NCBI GenBank assembly: GCA_963729895.1
Contig: CAVSQB010000005.1
Location: forward strand, 288,001-352,000
Reading direction: 5' to 3'
Length of the DNA stretch: 64,000 nucleotides
DNA from: an uncultured Fibrobacterota bacterium
Lineage (GTDB): Bacteria; Fibrobacterota; Chitinivibrionia; Chitinivibrionales; FEN-1185
Shown here: one piece after another, positions 9,936-20,142 of the stretch
Numbering within the stretch: the first letter of the stretch is position 1
Layout of the letters: each line of letters begins with the position of its first letter
Notes under the pieces: generated by a model
The model's database searches: none
Told to the model about the DNA's origin: nothing
What the model saw: the letters and a program-made list of their open reading frames with translations, nothing else
Position numbers and translations under genes: made by a program

Positions 9936-10253
9936 TCAATTCAAAATCCAAACGCCGTTTTTGACAGGGAGCCACGTCGTATCCCTGGCGACCTCGCTGC
10001 CCGTATTGGCGCCGTACACAATATACTGCGCTTCCAGTGTTTCGGCTCTCACGCTGAGCGTTATGGTGTCCGGTCCGGAAAATGACGTGATGGTGTTAGG
10101 CCAGTCCGCCTTATACAATATGTCCCATTCTCCCGAGTCGTTCGCCACGGCATGATGTTCGATGGTGATGCCGAATGTATCGCTTGTGGTGGGGCTGCTG
10201 CAATTCGTGAATGCAAACCCGATAAAAACCAACGCGCACAAGAGCCTTCTCAT
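9936..10253 (-). CDS. Small putative lipoprotein
   Basis: Hydrophobic N-terminus ending FTNC; AAGGGAG RBS. Confidence 0.6.
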   Translation of the reverse strand: MRRLLCALVFIGFAFTNCSSPTTSDTFGITIEHHAVANDSGEWDILYKADWPNTITSFSGPDTITLSVRAETLEAQYIVYGANTGSEVARDTTWLPVKNGVWILN

Positions 10254-10633
10254 AGCACTCCCTTCTTGAAACGGTCGGTTTGTTTGTCGGACGCTCGACC
10301 TTGCTGGAAAAAATAGTCTATGCAGGTACCGTCCGGGGCGGCGGCGGCACGTGGCTTGTGTTGAGCGGCCATGCGCGCTTTGCCCTTCTATTTCTTTTCT
10401 TGTATTTCACCCTTCGCACGTTGGGCCGGCATGCACTGATGCAGTCGGGGACCGAATGACGAGACAACAAAGATCGAACTAGGGAAAGAATTTCGGTATT
10501 ATTCCAGAATTACCTTGGCGGAATATTGGGAAGAAGATCCTGCCCGCGCTCAAATAGTGAACTTCTTCAAGGCAATGAAGATGGTGCGTTGCAATGCGAG
10601 AATGCAATTCGGCTAGAGCCAAATTTACTTCTA

Positions 10634-10935
10634 GTTTGCTGAGCGTGTGCGGCGAGGTACCTTCAGAGGCGAGACCGAAACGCCGGCTGCGCGCACACTA
10701 GAAACACCCGCTTAACAAAATCAAAGACCAAATACCCTGACGAAGTGTTCAGATGTATCTTCTCATCCGTGCAACTGCACCTCGTGGGTGCCCCACAACC
10801 GAGGGTTGGATTTTTGCCACCACTCAACCTATGGGGCCACCCGGCACTGCTATCCAATAGCAATTTATCTGTTATTGTTTCCGGCTCAGCTATAGGGATG
10901 CATTTGCATAGTAGATTCTCCCGGCACTCCTATCC
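10634..10935 (+). repeat. Modular repeat cluster 3 (M1 - M2 - three R units)
   Basis: GCTGAGCGTGTGCGGCG...CGCACACTAGAAACACCCG; CACCTCGTGGGTGCCCCAC; CCGGCACTGCTATCC, CCGGCTCAGCTAT, CCGGCACTCCTATCC. Confidence 0.85.
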
Positions 10936-10944
10936 GGAGGATTA

Positions 10945-12513
10945 TTAGTTTCCTTTCCAAAACATCTTCGCGGTCGAATGTGTTCCATTGTCGAATACGA
11001 TCAGGAAAGCTCCTGTGGAACAGCGGACCTGGGATACATCAACGAATCCCTCGCCCGCGGGCATTCTCCGCACAACGGGTGTAAGGTCGGCAACAAGCCT
11101 TCCATCCACCGAGTACAACTTCAACGACGATGCCTTGGGGTCGGATAGAGCAAGAGTCACTCCGGATGATCGAACCACTATTGTACCCGAAGACAAAGCC
11201 GGTGAACGAACGGACTTTTGCACGCCGACGGGCTGCCTGAACGGCCATATATTTACCGCCATATTCCAGGCTCCGCCGTCATAGGTGGTATAGTCCCCGT
11301 AAAGCCAGATCAGCTGAGCGTTGCCCCCCTCTTTGTGGCCGCGCGGCACGCACGGGCGGCAATTTTTCTTGGCGGAGCCCCGCGTTATCGCCGTGGTATC
11401 CCATGTTGTGCCGCTGTCGGTCGTGACCCATTTATCGAGTTCGGGTACAGATCCTATTTGACGCGCGAGATAAACGATGGATGGATTTTCGTGATCAAGA
11501 GTTATGCCGGAGGCAAATCCGTCCTGCCCTCCCATGTTCGTGCCGGCGTCGAGCAGGGTTTTCTTGAACCACGATGTCCCCGTCCATCGAATGTACATAT
11601 AGTTATGGTTGTTACCATCCGGGAATTGATCATATACTACTACAGGTCTCCCGAATGCATCAATCGCCACGTCCCACACGGATCCATTGCATTTAGAAAG
11701 ACCCGGATCCTGCATGGTATCGATGAGCGTATCCCAGATGGGAAGATGTGCCGTGTCGCTTATCCGTGTTCCGTTTGCCTGATAAAATACACCGGCTTTA
11801 TATTTCATATAATATGAAGGATAGCTGGCTTGTCGATTGCCGCGCTCGATAACCATGTGGACTTCGTCCTTGCCGTTGCTGGCATACTTGCAATAGGGCT
11901 TGGGTGTGCTGTCGGTGCTGTGGAAAAACACCCGTGCGTGCGTCCACGTAGTTCCCCAGTCGTCCGAGTACAGATAAGAGGGCAGCGTTTCAAGGCCGCG
12001 GATAAAGCAGTAGAGCCTGCTGCTGTCGCCTTCGGCGGAAAGCCACAGGAGGTTGGGATAACAGAACCCGGCGCCCGGGTCAGCATGGATCTGGATTTCA
12101 GGCCCGAACGACGAAACGTCCTCGGGGTTCGTGGCTATGTAGATGCTCAAAATTGCGCCGTCGTGCGCGGCTAAAGCAACCAGCAACCTGCCGTCGGGCC
12201 TCATGATAATACTCGGGTGCGCATGGTCGTCGAGATCATAGTTGAGGCGGATGACATGTGTGAGCGTGTCACCGGTCTCATGGTCGTAAGAGCCTACAGC
12301 GACTGTCCCTGTGTTGGAAAGCCAGCCCATGTAGGTGCGCTTATGCACTCCCTCGTAGTAAACCGCCTTGGGTTCGCCGTACCAGGTCCATACGCCGTTC
12401 GTGGTGATCTGGGAAAAGTTCGCACCGGAAGTGGGAAGAGTTTGCGCCCGCGCACAGAACACGACGATCAGGAGAGAAAGAAACAGAATCTTTGTCCCAC
12501 GGCCTTGCGCCAT
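10945..12513 (-). CDS. Secreted BNR_4-type (Asp-box propeller) protein with C-terminal sorting-like domain
   Basis: Signal peptide, GVWTWY, DDHAHP, SDDWGTTW and TTDSGTTW Asp-boxes, C-terminal YSVDGRLV; GGAGG RBS. Confidence 0.75.
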   Translation of the reverse strand: MAQGRGTKILFLSLLIVVFCARAQTLPTSGANFSQITTNGVWTWYGEPKAVYYEGVHKRTYMGWLSNTGTVAVGSYDHETGDTLTHVIRLNYDLDDHAHPSIIMRPDGRLLVALAAHDGAILSIYIATNPEDVSSFGPEIQIHADPGAGFCYPNLLWLSAEGDSSRLYCFIRGLETLPSYLYSDDWGTTWTHARVFFHSTDSTPKPYCKYASNGKDEVHMVIERGNRQASYPSYYMKYKAGVFYQANGTRISDTAHLPIWDTLIDTMQDPGLSKCNGSVWDVAIDAFGRPVVVYDQFPDGNNHNYMYIRWTGTSWFKKTLLDAGTNMGGQDGFASGITLDHENPSIVYLARQIGSVPELDKWVTTDSGTTWDTTAITRGSAKKNCRPCVPRGHKEGGNAQLIWLYGDYTTYDGGAWNMAVNIWPFRQPVGVQKSVRSPALSSGTIVVRSSGVTLALSDPKASSLKLYSVDGRLVADLTPVVRRMPAGEGFVDVSQVRCSTGAFLIVFDNGTHSTAKMFWKGN

Positions 12514-12742
12514 AACATCCTCCTCGGTTATTTCAATGGGTTTTTAAGGGCTTCTTACCCGCGACCATGGTTCATGAAACGGTCCGCACTGAATTTGGGT
12601 GCCACTGCTTGACAACGTGTGTCCCTCAAGAAGCAATATACCTCCGTTTGAACAAAAAATCCAAACAATGGTAACGCTTTTGAGGGCTACGGACCGGTGT
12701 GTGTGACCCCCGGTTTTGTGGGCTTAGTCAAAATAATATTGT

Positions 12743-12888
12743 GGATTGCCGGGCGCGGGCTGCGTGGAGGTTCCCGTGGCAAGCCCGTGCTCTCGGTTGA
12801 GCGCACCCTAGAAACACCGGTTGCAGAATTCTCAAGCGAACTAACCCGCTGCCTTTACAACCATTCAAATCGATCTTGACAATTGTGG
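12743..12888 (+). repeat. Modular repeat cluster 4 (degenerate M1 + linker + TTGACAATTGTGG)
   Basis: 12817-12889 is the reverse complement homologue of 43042-43118. Confidence 0.75.
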
Positions 12889-12927
12889 ATATTGCATTCC
12901 GCCAAATGCATGTGCGCATCAAATCGT

Positions 12928-13785
12928 TTACAACTGCAACATCCTGTCTGTTTTGAGACGCCGGGAGCGGGAGGAATGCCTGAGCCTGCGGAGCGCTTTT
13001 TGTTTGATCTGGCGGATGCGTTCGCGCGTGAGGTCGAACCGCTGGCCGATTTGCCCGAGGCTGAGTGCAGTTTGTCCGCCGATGCCGAAATAAAGCTTGA
13101 TGACCTCTTTTTCGCGGCACGTGAGGGTGTCGAGGGACTGATTAATCTCGTGCCTCAGCGAGATTTCCGTGACGCCGTCGCCGGGAAGCTCCTGGGTTTC
13201 GTACTGCAGAACGTCGAGGAGGTTGCCGTCTTCGCCTTGCCGGAGCGGGGCGTCGAGCGACAGGTGGGAATTGCCTATCCTCATGGTTTCACGGACTTCT
13301 TCTTCGCCGATCTTAAGCTCCCGAGCTATTTCGTCGACGGTAGGGGTTCGGCGATATTTCTGTTCAAGCTTGCGCTGCGCTTTGCCGATCTTGTGGATGG
13401 TGCCCGCGCGGTTGAGCGGCAGCCTGACAATACGCGATTGTTCCGCGAGCGCTTGCAGAATGGCCTGGCGTATCCACCACACCGCGTAGGAAATGAACTT
13501 AAAATTCTTCGTTTCGTCGAACCGCTTGGCGGCCCGGATGAGGCCGAGGTTTCCCTCGTGTATAAGATCGGAAAGGGGCAGGCCCTGGTTCTGATAATTG
13601 CGGGCCACCGAAACGGCGAACCTGAGGTTTGCCGTCACCAGTTTTTGGAGCGCTTTCCCGTCACCTGCATGGATACGCAGGGCCGTCTGCGCTTCCTCTT
13701 CCGCAGGAAGGGTTTTGTTCTTGCTGATTTCCTTGAAATAGAGGGCGAGGGAATTTTCTTCCGCAAGAAACTGGTTCTTTTTCAT
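12928..13785 (-). CDS. Alternative sigma-70 factor (RpoD/RpoS-like, lacking region 1.1)
   Basis: ANLRFAVSVA, DLIHEGNLGLIRA, FISYAVWWIRQAI, LTRERIRQI; likely start MKKNQF at 13785. Confidence 0.92.
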   Translation of the reverse strand: MKKNQFLAEENSLALYFKEISKNKTLPAEEEAQTALRIHAGDGKALQKLVTANLRFAVSVARNYQNQGLPLSDLIHEGNLGLIRAAKRFDETKNFKFISYAVWWIRQAILQALAEQSRIVRLPLNRAGTIHKIGKAQRKLEQKYRRTPTVDEIARELKIGEEEVRETMRIGNSHLSLDAPLRQGEDGNLLDVLQYETQELPGDGVTEISLRHEINQSLDTLTCREKEVIKLYFGIGGQTALSLGQIGQRFDLTRERIRQIKQKALRRLRHSSRSRRLKTDRMLQL

Positions 13786-13847
13786 TGTGTCCGATCGGGC
13801 CGTGGTGCCGAAATGTGCTTTTACTCGATGAAGAGGAATGCAGTTGT

Positions 13848-14264
13848 TTACCCCTTGAGATGATCTCTCCAATTGGTGACTCTCTTTTCGGAACCGCATT
13901 TGTAACAAACCAAGGTCACCTCGTCGCTGACAAACCGTCTGATTGTTTGTCCTCCGGCCTGCGGACTATCGGTAAATGTCGCCTTGTAGTGTTCCGTCGT
14001 ACTGACTGACCTCTTGCATTTCGGGCATTTCAATAATCTGGAAGCGAGGGCCTCCAATAATGCAACGTCCGGACTGGTGCCCATGCCGGTGACGCCGAAG
14101 TTCTTAAATGTCGCCAATCGGAGGTCTTCGTTTTTTGACGCTTGATGGTACGTGGGGTTATCGGACAGCCAGGCTTTGGCCGAAGTATCAATAGGCAAGT
14201 CATTTGCGCGAAAAATCACACTCGCCTCGGGATCAACGGATAGGCAGGGATTCCCTGAGTTCAT
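13848..14264 (-). CDS. Hypothetical protein with two CxxC motifs (possible Zn ribbon)
   Basis: 138-aa ORF with AAGGAAGG RBS, CPKC and CYKC. Confidence 0.5.
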   Translation of the reverse strand: MNSGNPCLSVDPEASVIFRANDLPIDTSAKAWLSDNPTYHQASKNEDLRLATFKNFGVTGMGTSPDVALLEALASRLLKCPKCKRSVSTTEHYKATFTDSPQAGGQTIRRFVSDEVTLVCYKCGSEKRVTNWRDHLKG

Positions 14265-14347
14265 GAATTCCTTCCTTTACAACAATATATATGGGGCCGG
14301 GCGCACTCAACCTAATTGACGATGCAGCCACAATTGAATACGATTCT

Positions 14348-14800
14348 GGATTGCTGAGCCGGTGCGGCGTGGATGTACCCGTGGCAATATCGAGATAAGG
14401 ATATGGGCACCCCGCTGCTGCGCAACGGCGGCCGTCCTTCCACGCCACCCCTTCGGGTGCTTCCAAGGGTCGTCGGCCGTTCGGCCTCGGTACCGCCTGT
14501 CCCTGCCGCCTTCGGCTAGTGATCAGGCGGCACTGCGCTCTACGCACGTTTCAGTCCGGCCTGGCGCGGAGCAGAAGAACAATTCCACAATTGTCAACTT
14601 CACCTATGTGACAATGCATCCAAAGCGAATCAAACGCTCACTTGTACAGCGGCACCTCGTGGGTGCCCCACAACGCAAGATTGGATTCTCGCCGCAACTC
14701 CCACTCTGGGGACACCCGGCACAGCTATCCAGATGCATTGGACTTTAGAAATTCTATTCTCGCAAATAAACTAACTCGGGGGCGCCCCGCCCAGCCAAAC
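14348..14800 (+). repeat. Modular repeat cluster 5 (L - M4 - M2 - M3)
   Basis: GGATTGCTGAGCCGGTGCGGCG; TCGGCCGTTCGGCCTCGGT...CCACAATTGTCAA; CACCTCGTGGGTGCCCCAC...CACCCGGCACAGCTATCC; ATTCTCGCAAATAAACT. Confidence 0.85.
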
Positions 14801-14839
14801 AGATGCATTTATTTGCATTTTCCGAGGAGCAATACGCTT

Positions 14840-16519
14840 CTATCGCGTTACGCTAAACGTTTCAATTCCCTCACTATTAAGAAGCCCGGTGGACACATCA
14901 TAACAAAAGTACGGCATGGATCCGGAGATTGTGTTTGCTCCATCCCAAGTCCAGGTATACGGGCCGCGAGAACCAAACATAGTGCTGAGCGTGACAGTAA
15001 TTGCATCGCCGGTACGATGACCGGACGTTATTGTCCTGCCGTTGTCGGTGGAACCTGTGATATTTTGACTGGCATCCTCGTTGAGAGTTATTGTTAAAGA
15101 AATCGTTTGTGCATCGCAGCCGGTGTAAGGAGCGCCGGGCAGGTTCACCGTTCCAGACCACGTTCCGGTAACGCCCAGTGCCGGAGCGCTTCCGGTCTGC
15201 GTAATGGCAATGCTTGTATCGGCAACGGTTATCTGGCCGGATCTTTGAGCGGAGTCTGTATTCGCGAGAACGGAAAAACCGATGGTCCCGGGGCCGCTTC
15301 CGCTGGTGCCTGAGGTAACAACAATCCAGCCGCCGTTGCTTGCAGTTGCCGTCCACGCACAACCGTTCCCCGCTTTCACGGCAATGGTGCCGCTACCGCC
15401 ACCGGAATCAAAAGAGGTGCCTGAAGCAAGAATGGAATAAAAACATGCTTGTGCCGCGACGGTGATAGCTGTTTGTGTGGTAAGCGGCACGAGGCGGTAG
15501 AGCGTGTCTATCTCACTTCCGGTTGTTGCCCCAATAATGAGTTCGCGCACCAGATATTTAACGTCTGCGCTTGCCATGATCACGGCGGTTCCGGTGTCGC
15601 TGCCGGAACTGAATGTTGCAGATGCGTTTCCGCTCGCATCCGTCTGAATAACTGCCGGATTTACAGTTACTCCTGCCGGCCCTAACACTCCCCAGGTAAT
15701 CGGCTGTGAATTGACACCCAGACATCCGACCGTGACAAACGCATTGATTTTTGTGGAGCTGTTGGTGGAAATCGTGCTCAAGCCGGGCGTTAATGTTAAA
15801 GTTCCGATGCATTTCCCAGCATTCTCCAGTTCAATAATGCTGTCTACCGGTTGCCCGGCACACGATAAGAACTGTGCCGTTATTCTGCTCTCAAGGGCCT
15901 CGCAATCCTGATCGGTGCATTGAACAGCCAAGTCACTGCATGTGATCTTAACAAGACCATTTTTGCAGTCGGCAACTGCGCTGCGCTTGGCAAGTCCTCC
16001 CGGCCAATTTGTCAATGCTTCCGCTATATACCCTCCGGAGCGAACTACCGAGATAGAAAGCGAATCGTTTGTATTATCCACTAGTGCCGTTATACCCGAA
16101 TCGAGGGAATGTGTGTTGTTCGTCAAATCCACCGTATGAATGAGAGGAACATACGGCGTTGCGTACACCAGAGATTTAAATGCGAACGTAAGTGGTTTTG
16201 CAAATGTCAGGCCTGCCGGTTTAACGTCAAACCCGGCAACCGCCGGAAAATCCGCCACACCATAGTCGGCAAATACCGTCTGCATCGTCTGCAAATCAAG
16301 TTCCTCTACGGCAATGGTTGTATCGCTTAGTACGGCACCCGAAGGCACGGTGAGAAGGAACCCCGGTTCGATGGTATACGTTCCGCCTCCGGCCGAGATA
16401 TGGCAGTTGATGTAACCCAGTTGGTTTTCAATAGGCTGTAAAGATGTTTTTGTTTTGCTGCAATCATTGAGCAAAAAAATGAGGGCGAGTACTACGCAAT
16501 AAACTTTTCCATTTTTCAC
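14840..16519 (-). CDS. Multidomain lipoprotein (ZU5-like, Ig-like and BACON-like modules)
   Basis: Lipobox-like LNDC; LTVPSGAV...VKPAGLTFAKP (ZU5-like); TDASGNASA (Big-like); CAWTA..WI..SGSG..ANT..R.G.ITV (BACON-like); GAGGAG RBS with GTG start. Confidence 0.7.
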   Translation of the reverse strand: MKNGKVYCVVLALIFLLNDCSKTKTSLQPIENQLGYINCHISAGGGTYTIEPGFLLTVPSGAVLSDTTIAVEELDLQTMQTVFADYGVADFPAVAGFDVKPAGLTFAKPLTFAFKSLVYATPYVPLIHTVDLTNNTHSLDSGITALVDNTNDSLSISVVRSGGYIAEALTNWPGGLAKRSAVADCKNGLVKITCSDLAVQCTDQDCEALESRITAQFLSCAGQPVDSIIELENAGKCIGTLTLTPGLSTISTNSSTKINAFVTVGCLGVNSQPITWGVLGPAGVTVNPAVIQTDASGNASATFSSGSDTGTAVIMASADVKYLVRELIIGATTGSEIDTLYRLVPLTTQTAITVAAQACFYSILASGTSFDSGGGSGTIAVKAGNGCAWTATASNGGWIVVTSGTSGSGPGTIGFSVLANTDSAQRSGQITVADTSIAITQTGSAPALGVTGTWSGTVNLPGAPYTGCDAQTISLTITLNEDASQNITGSTDNGRTITSGHRTGDAITVTLSTMFGSRGPYTWTWDGANTISGSMPYFCYDVSTGLLNSEGIETFSVTR

Positions 16520-16696
16520 GGATGCTCCTCGTTTTAAAACTTTTTTAAGGGCATATTCGCGCCTTTGCGGAATTACTTCCTCCAGTACTATACGAGTGCC
16601 GGGATTTGGATATTTTAACTAACTGTTCTCTAGCAGGAGCAGGCTCAATTTCAACAGACAGCGGCGCGTCTGCAACCCGCCAAGCCAACCGTCTTT

Positions 16697-17073
16697 GGAT
16701 TGCCGAGCGTGTGCGGCGATCAAAAATTAATGCGATTTTGGTTTGCTGAGCCGGTGTGGCGAATATCCAAATAATATTATTGATTGCTGAGCCGGTGCGG
16801 CGTAGGTGTACCCGTTGCAAGCCCGAACCACCCGCTGCGTGCACCGTAGCGGCACCCGATTACAAAATTCTCCCCGATCAAGACCTTGCCAAATAGCATC
16901 CGTGCAGCGACACTTCGTAGGTGCCCCACAACGCAAGATTGGATTCTCGCCGCAACTCCCACTATGGGGTCACCCGGCTCAGCCATCCAGATACTCTTCT
17001 TGATGTTCTTTCGGGAATGTTGCTTTCAATTCTCGCAAATAAACTTACTTTGGGGCACCCGGCACTGCTATCC
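16697..17073 (+). repeat. Modular repeat cluster 6 (three L units - M1 - M2 - M3); most complete example
   Basis: L units at 16697, 16740 and 16782 with AT-rich spacers; R units ending at 16988 and 17073. Confidence 0.9.
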
Positions 17074-17114
17074 ACATGCTTTGTGCTTGCATAGTGATGT
17101 TGCTTTTGAGGCGG

Positions 17115-19262
17115 TTAGCCAACCGATTCCAGAACTTCCTTCAATTCCTCCGTACTGTACGGTTTCCGGAGCACAGCCGCAAAGCCGTATTCTTTGCAAT
17201 GGGTCATCTCCATGTCTTCCGAATACCCGCTTGACAGAATAATAGGAATGTGCGGATCGCGCAGGGCTATTTCCCGGGCAAGATCTTTTCCTCCCATTCC
17301 TCCCTCGACCGTCAGGTCCGTAATCACCATTTTGTATTTGACCCCAGCCTTGGCGGCCTGGTCGAATTTGCCGATGGCGTCCTCCCCGGTGGCTGCCTCG
17401 TCGACGAGGTAACCGAGCTGCCGCAGCAGCATCGACAACGTGATGCGGATCACCTGGGCGTCGTCCATGATCAAGACCCGGCCGGCGGGGGCGGCGACTG
17501 CCTGTGGGGCGGTGCGGGAATCGGGCGCGGCGTCGACTTCGCTGATGGGGATGTACACCGTGAACACGGAACCTTTTCCGACTTCGGAGGAAACCGTGAT
17601 GTGCCCGTTATGCCTCTTAAGAATCTTGTAGGCAATGGCCAAACCGAGTCCGCTGCCCCCTTTTTTCGTTGAGAAGTAAGGATCGAATATCTTCGGGAGC
17701 ACTTCGGGCGGAATGCCGCACCCCTGGTCGGTGACGCTCACCTCCAGATAACTGCCGGCGGCAAGCGGCTGCAGTTGTTGTGCGCTCAATTCTTTTGTCG
17801 ACATGCATATATGTATCACCCCGCCGTTGACCATCGACTGGCTGGCATTGAGCACGAGGTTCTGGAATACCTGCCGCAGCTGGCCTCCGTCGGCCCGTAT
17901 GCGTACCGGCTCTGAAGGAACGGCAAACTCAAGTTTGATCCGGCTGCCATGGGCGGAAAAGGTGCAGGCATCGTGCACGACCTCCACGGCGTCGATCACC
18001 GTGAACACGGGCGCGCCGCCTTTTGCAAATGTCAACAATTGGCGGGTGAGGCTGCTGGCGCTGAGGGCGGCGCGCTCTCCTTCGTTCAATATGGTTCCGG
18101 CTTCCGAATGCGGGTCCAGGTTCATTTTCGCAAGGGCGAAACACGATGCAATGCCGCACAGGAGGTTGTTAAAATCGTGGGCTATGCCGCCGGCCAGCAC
18201 ACCAAGCGATTCCAATTGCTGCGTACGCAGCCGGTCTTCTTCGGCTTGCCTCACCTGCGTTATGTCGCGGATGGTAAGCATGTGGTGAACGGTTTCGTCG
18301 GCGGCATGCAGGTTTGTTTTCGTGACCACAATCGACCGCCGCTCTCCGGACAGGCGCACGTCGGTCTCGAAATTCACCAGCAAATCGTGTGTGCTCAATT
18401 CCGGGATGCTGTCGTACAGCGAAAGGGCGCCTGCCGGTTGGGGGCCGAGGAACCTGGCCGCCGCATCGTTGGCGCGGACGATGTTGCGGTTCTGGTCGAC
18501 AAGGAGAATCGCGTCGCCGGCGTCCTTGAAGACCTTGTCGAGGATCTCTTCAAGCTGACGTATGTTGACAGTAAGGAAATTGTACCGCCGCACGGACCAA
18601 TAGATGAACACGTCGACGATGATGATGGCGAGCGACGTGAATGACGACAGGATGGGCATCTTGAGCAGACGGGGAAAAACGAACGTGATGCCGACAAGAT
18701 ACAGGAACGCGGCGCCCATTCCGCACATCAGGATAAAGATGCGCTTTTTGTCGGCCCGGTCCGATTCCATCCTGTAGGCATGGAGCGCCAGACCGATGCT
18801 GAAAAGCGTGATCGGGAAAACGTAGAGAACAAAAATCAGCGCGAACAACGCATTCGGCAAGGGTGAGTAGAGTCCTGCGTCGGCAAGGTGCGACTCCGCG
18901 TGCAGCGGTATGTTTGCAAAGGGCAGCACTATGCCCGCGCACGCCTCCACGCCGAAGATCGCGAGGTACGCGTCTCTCTTTCTCTTCACAAAAGCATACA
19001 TGAAGTCGAGAAAGATGAAGCTGGCCGCGAAGAACAGGCTCGTGGCGACCGTAAGAAGCACATGACGAAGATTTCCCGGATGAATCATCCGGAAAGCGAA
19101 ATCGCTCAAAGTCAGGAGGAAATAGGTCCCGGCAAGGGTGAGGAAGGCGTGGTTGAGGCGGTTCTCCCGGCGCTGTCCGTACACGTACCCGATCAGAAAA
19201 AGCGTAAACAGGGGCGATGCCAGCAAGGAAATGGTGCTCAAAGGAATCATGGGTTGCCTCAT
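17115..19262 (-). CDS. Hybrid sensor histidine kinase (multi-TM N-terminus, PAS, HisKA, HATPase, REC)
   Basis: ~7 hydrophobic segments; GGIAHDFNNLL H-box, NLVLNA, DQGCG, PYFSTK, GSGLGL; receiver IMDD...ITDL...KP. Confidence 0.92.
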   Translation of the reverse strand: MRQPMIPLSTISLLASPLFTLFLIGYVYGQRRENRLNHAFLTLAGTYFLLTLSDFAFRMIHPGNLRHVLLTVATSLFFAASFIFLDFMYAFVKRKRDAYLAIFGVEACAGIVLPFANIPLHAESHLADAGLYSPLPNALFALIFVLYVFPITLFSIGLALHAYRMESDRADKKRIFILMCGMGAAFLYLVGITFVFPRLLKMPILSSFTSLAIIIVDVFIYWSVRRYNFLTVNIRQLEEILDKVFKDAGDAILLVDQNRNIVRANDAAARFLGPQPAGALSLYDSIPELSTHDLLVNFETDVRLSGERRSIVVTKTNLHAADETVHHMLTIRDITQVRQAEEDRLRTQQLESLGVLAGGIAHDFNNLLCGIASCFALAKMNLDPHSEAGTILNEGERAALSASSLTRQLLTFAKGGAPVFTVIDAVEVVHDACTFSAHGSRIKLEFAVPSEPVRIRADGGQLRQVFQNLVLNASQSMVNGGVIHICMSTKELSAQQLQPLAAGSYLEVSVTDQGCGIPPEVLPKIFDPYFSTKKGGSGLGLAIAYKILKRHNGHITVSSEVGKGSVFTVYIPISEVDAAPDSRTAPQAVAAPAGRVLIMDDAQVIRITLSMLLRQLGYLVDEAATGEDAIGKFDQAAKAGVKYKMVITDLTVEGGMGGKDLAREIALRDPHIPIILSSGYSEDMEMTHCKEYGFAAVLRKPYSTEELKEVLESVG

Positions 19263-19338
19263 TGCCTCTTCTGCGCGGGGTTATGCCATGAAAATATATA
19301 TATGCCCGCCGTATTCTGGGCGGAAATGCTGCGGGCGC

Positions 19339-20142
19339 CTACTCCGGGGCGTGGCCGGAACGGCCTTTGCGGCGATGAAGAAGGATCTTGGTGTATTCGT
19401 AGCTGAGGACGATGAGGCTGCAGAAAATCCATACCGTTACCGCCTCGACTGGCAGCGAGGACCAGGCCGGTATGAAAATGCCCAGCATGTACTGGTGGTT
19501 GTAGTTCCAGTATCCGCGCGGAAGGGCCAGCGTCACTTCCCAGATGATCGAAATGAGCGTTGTGATCACCACGACTAGCGCCAGGGCGCGGAAATTGACA
19601 AAAGCGCGGGTGAGCCGCCAGAAAAAGATAAACGGCACATAGGCGGAAACGGACAGGAACAAAAGGTACTCGGGTACGAGCGGCCCTGCGGGATTGATAC
19701 GCCGCTTGAGGAGTGTGCACCCCGCCATTGCGAGCAGGAAAAGCAGGAGGTGGCCGGGTTTGAAGAACAGCACGAAGACCTTCTTGATGCGCCGGGCATA
19801 GGCGGCGTAATGCCTGTCGTGCTTCTTATATCTGCGAAGGAAGTACTCGTCGTTGAATACATACAAAAGCACGATGAACCAGAACCCGAAAAGGTAGAAC
19901 AGGAACTCTTCAACCGGTATGTTCCTGATGGTGATGCAGAGGGTCATGGCCGGGTTGGGGAATCGGAAGAACCGTTGGGCAAACAGCAGGTCCAGCAGAA
20001 ATCCGATGCAGGCAAAGACGGCAAGGTTGATGGCCAGCGCCTGCGCCTGCACGGGTTTGAGCAGCTTCTTTTCATGGAGAAAGACGCCCATGGCGAACAC
20101 GGGCGCGATCCAGAAGAGCAGCGATACGGTGTATTCAGGCAT
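19339..20142 (-). CDS. Integral membrane lycopene-cyclase-domain protein
   Basis: Start MPEYT at ATG 20142 overlaps the upstream stop (ATGCCTGA); IPVEEFLFY and LPVEAV (PxEE-type) motifs in two hydrophobic halves. Confidence 0.65.
   Translation of the reverse strand: MPEYTVSLLFWIAPVFAMGVFLHEKKLLKPVQAQALAINLAVFACIGFLLDLLFAQRFFRFPNPAMTLCITIRNIPVEEFLFYLFGFWFIVLLYVFNDEYFLRRYKKHDRHYAAYARRIKKVFVLFFKPGHLLLFLLAMAGCTLLKRRINPAGPLVPEYLLFLSVSAYVPFIFFWRLTRAFVNFRALALVVVITTLISIIWEVTLALPRGYWNYNHQYMLGIFIPAWSSLPVEAVTVWIFCSLIVLSYEYTKILLHRRKGRSGHAPE

Noticed and set aside
9457..10155. ORFs with recurring peptides (MYPWQ.., LVGAPQ.KIGF..LWGHPA), also 14362, 16806, 31494, 42841
   Set aside because: Translations of the non-coding repeats; frames and stops differ between copies and no RBS is evident
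10439..10616. Short plus-strand frame (MQSGPNDETTKIELGKEF...)
   Set aside because: Under 60 codons, no clear RBS or motif; cannot be supported as a gene
16630..16657. CTAGCAGG...TTTCAACA resembling a footprint of IS5-A ends
   Set aside because: Only two 8-bp matches; compatible with chance
16697..16802. Tandem ~23-bp repeats with AT-rich spacers (also 27507-27625, 31421-31490, 60044-60184) as CRISPR mini-arrays
   Set aside because: Only 2-4 degenerate units; spacers are short and homologous between loci; no cas genes; the units belong to the dispersed modular family
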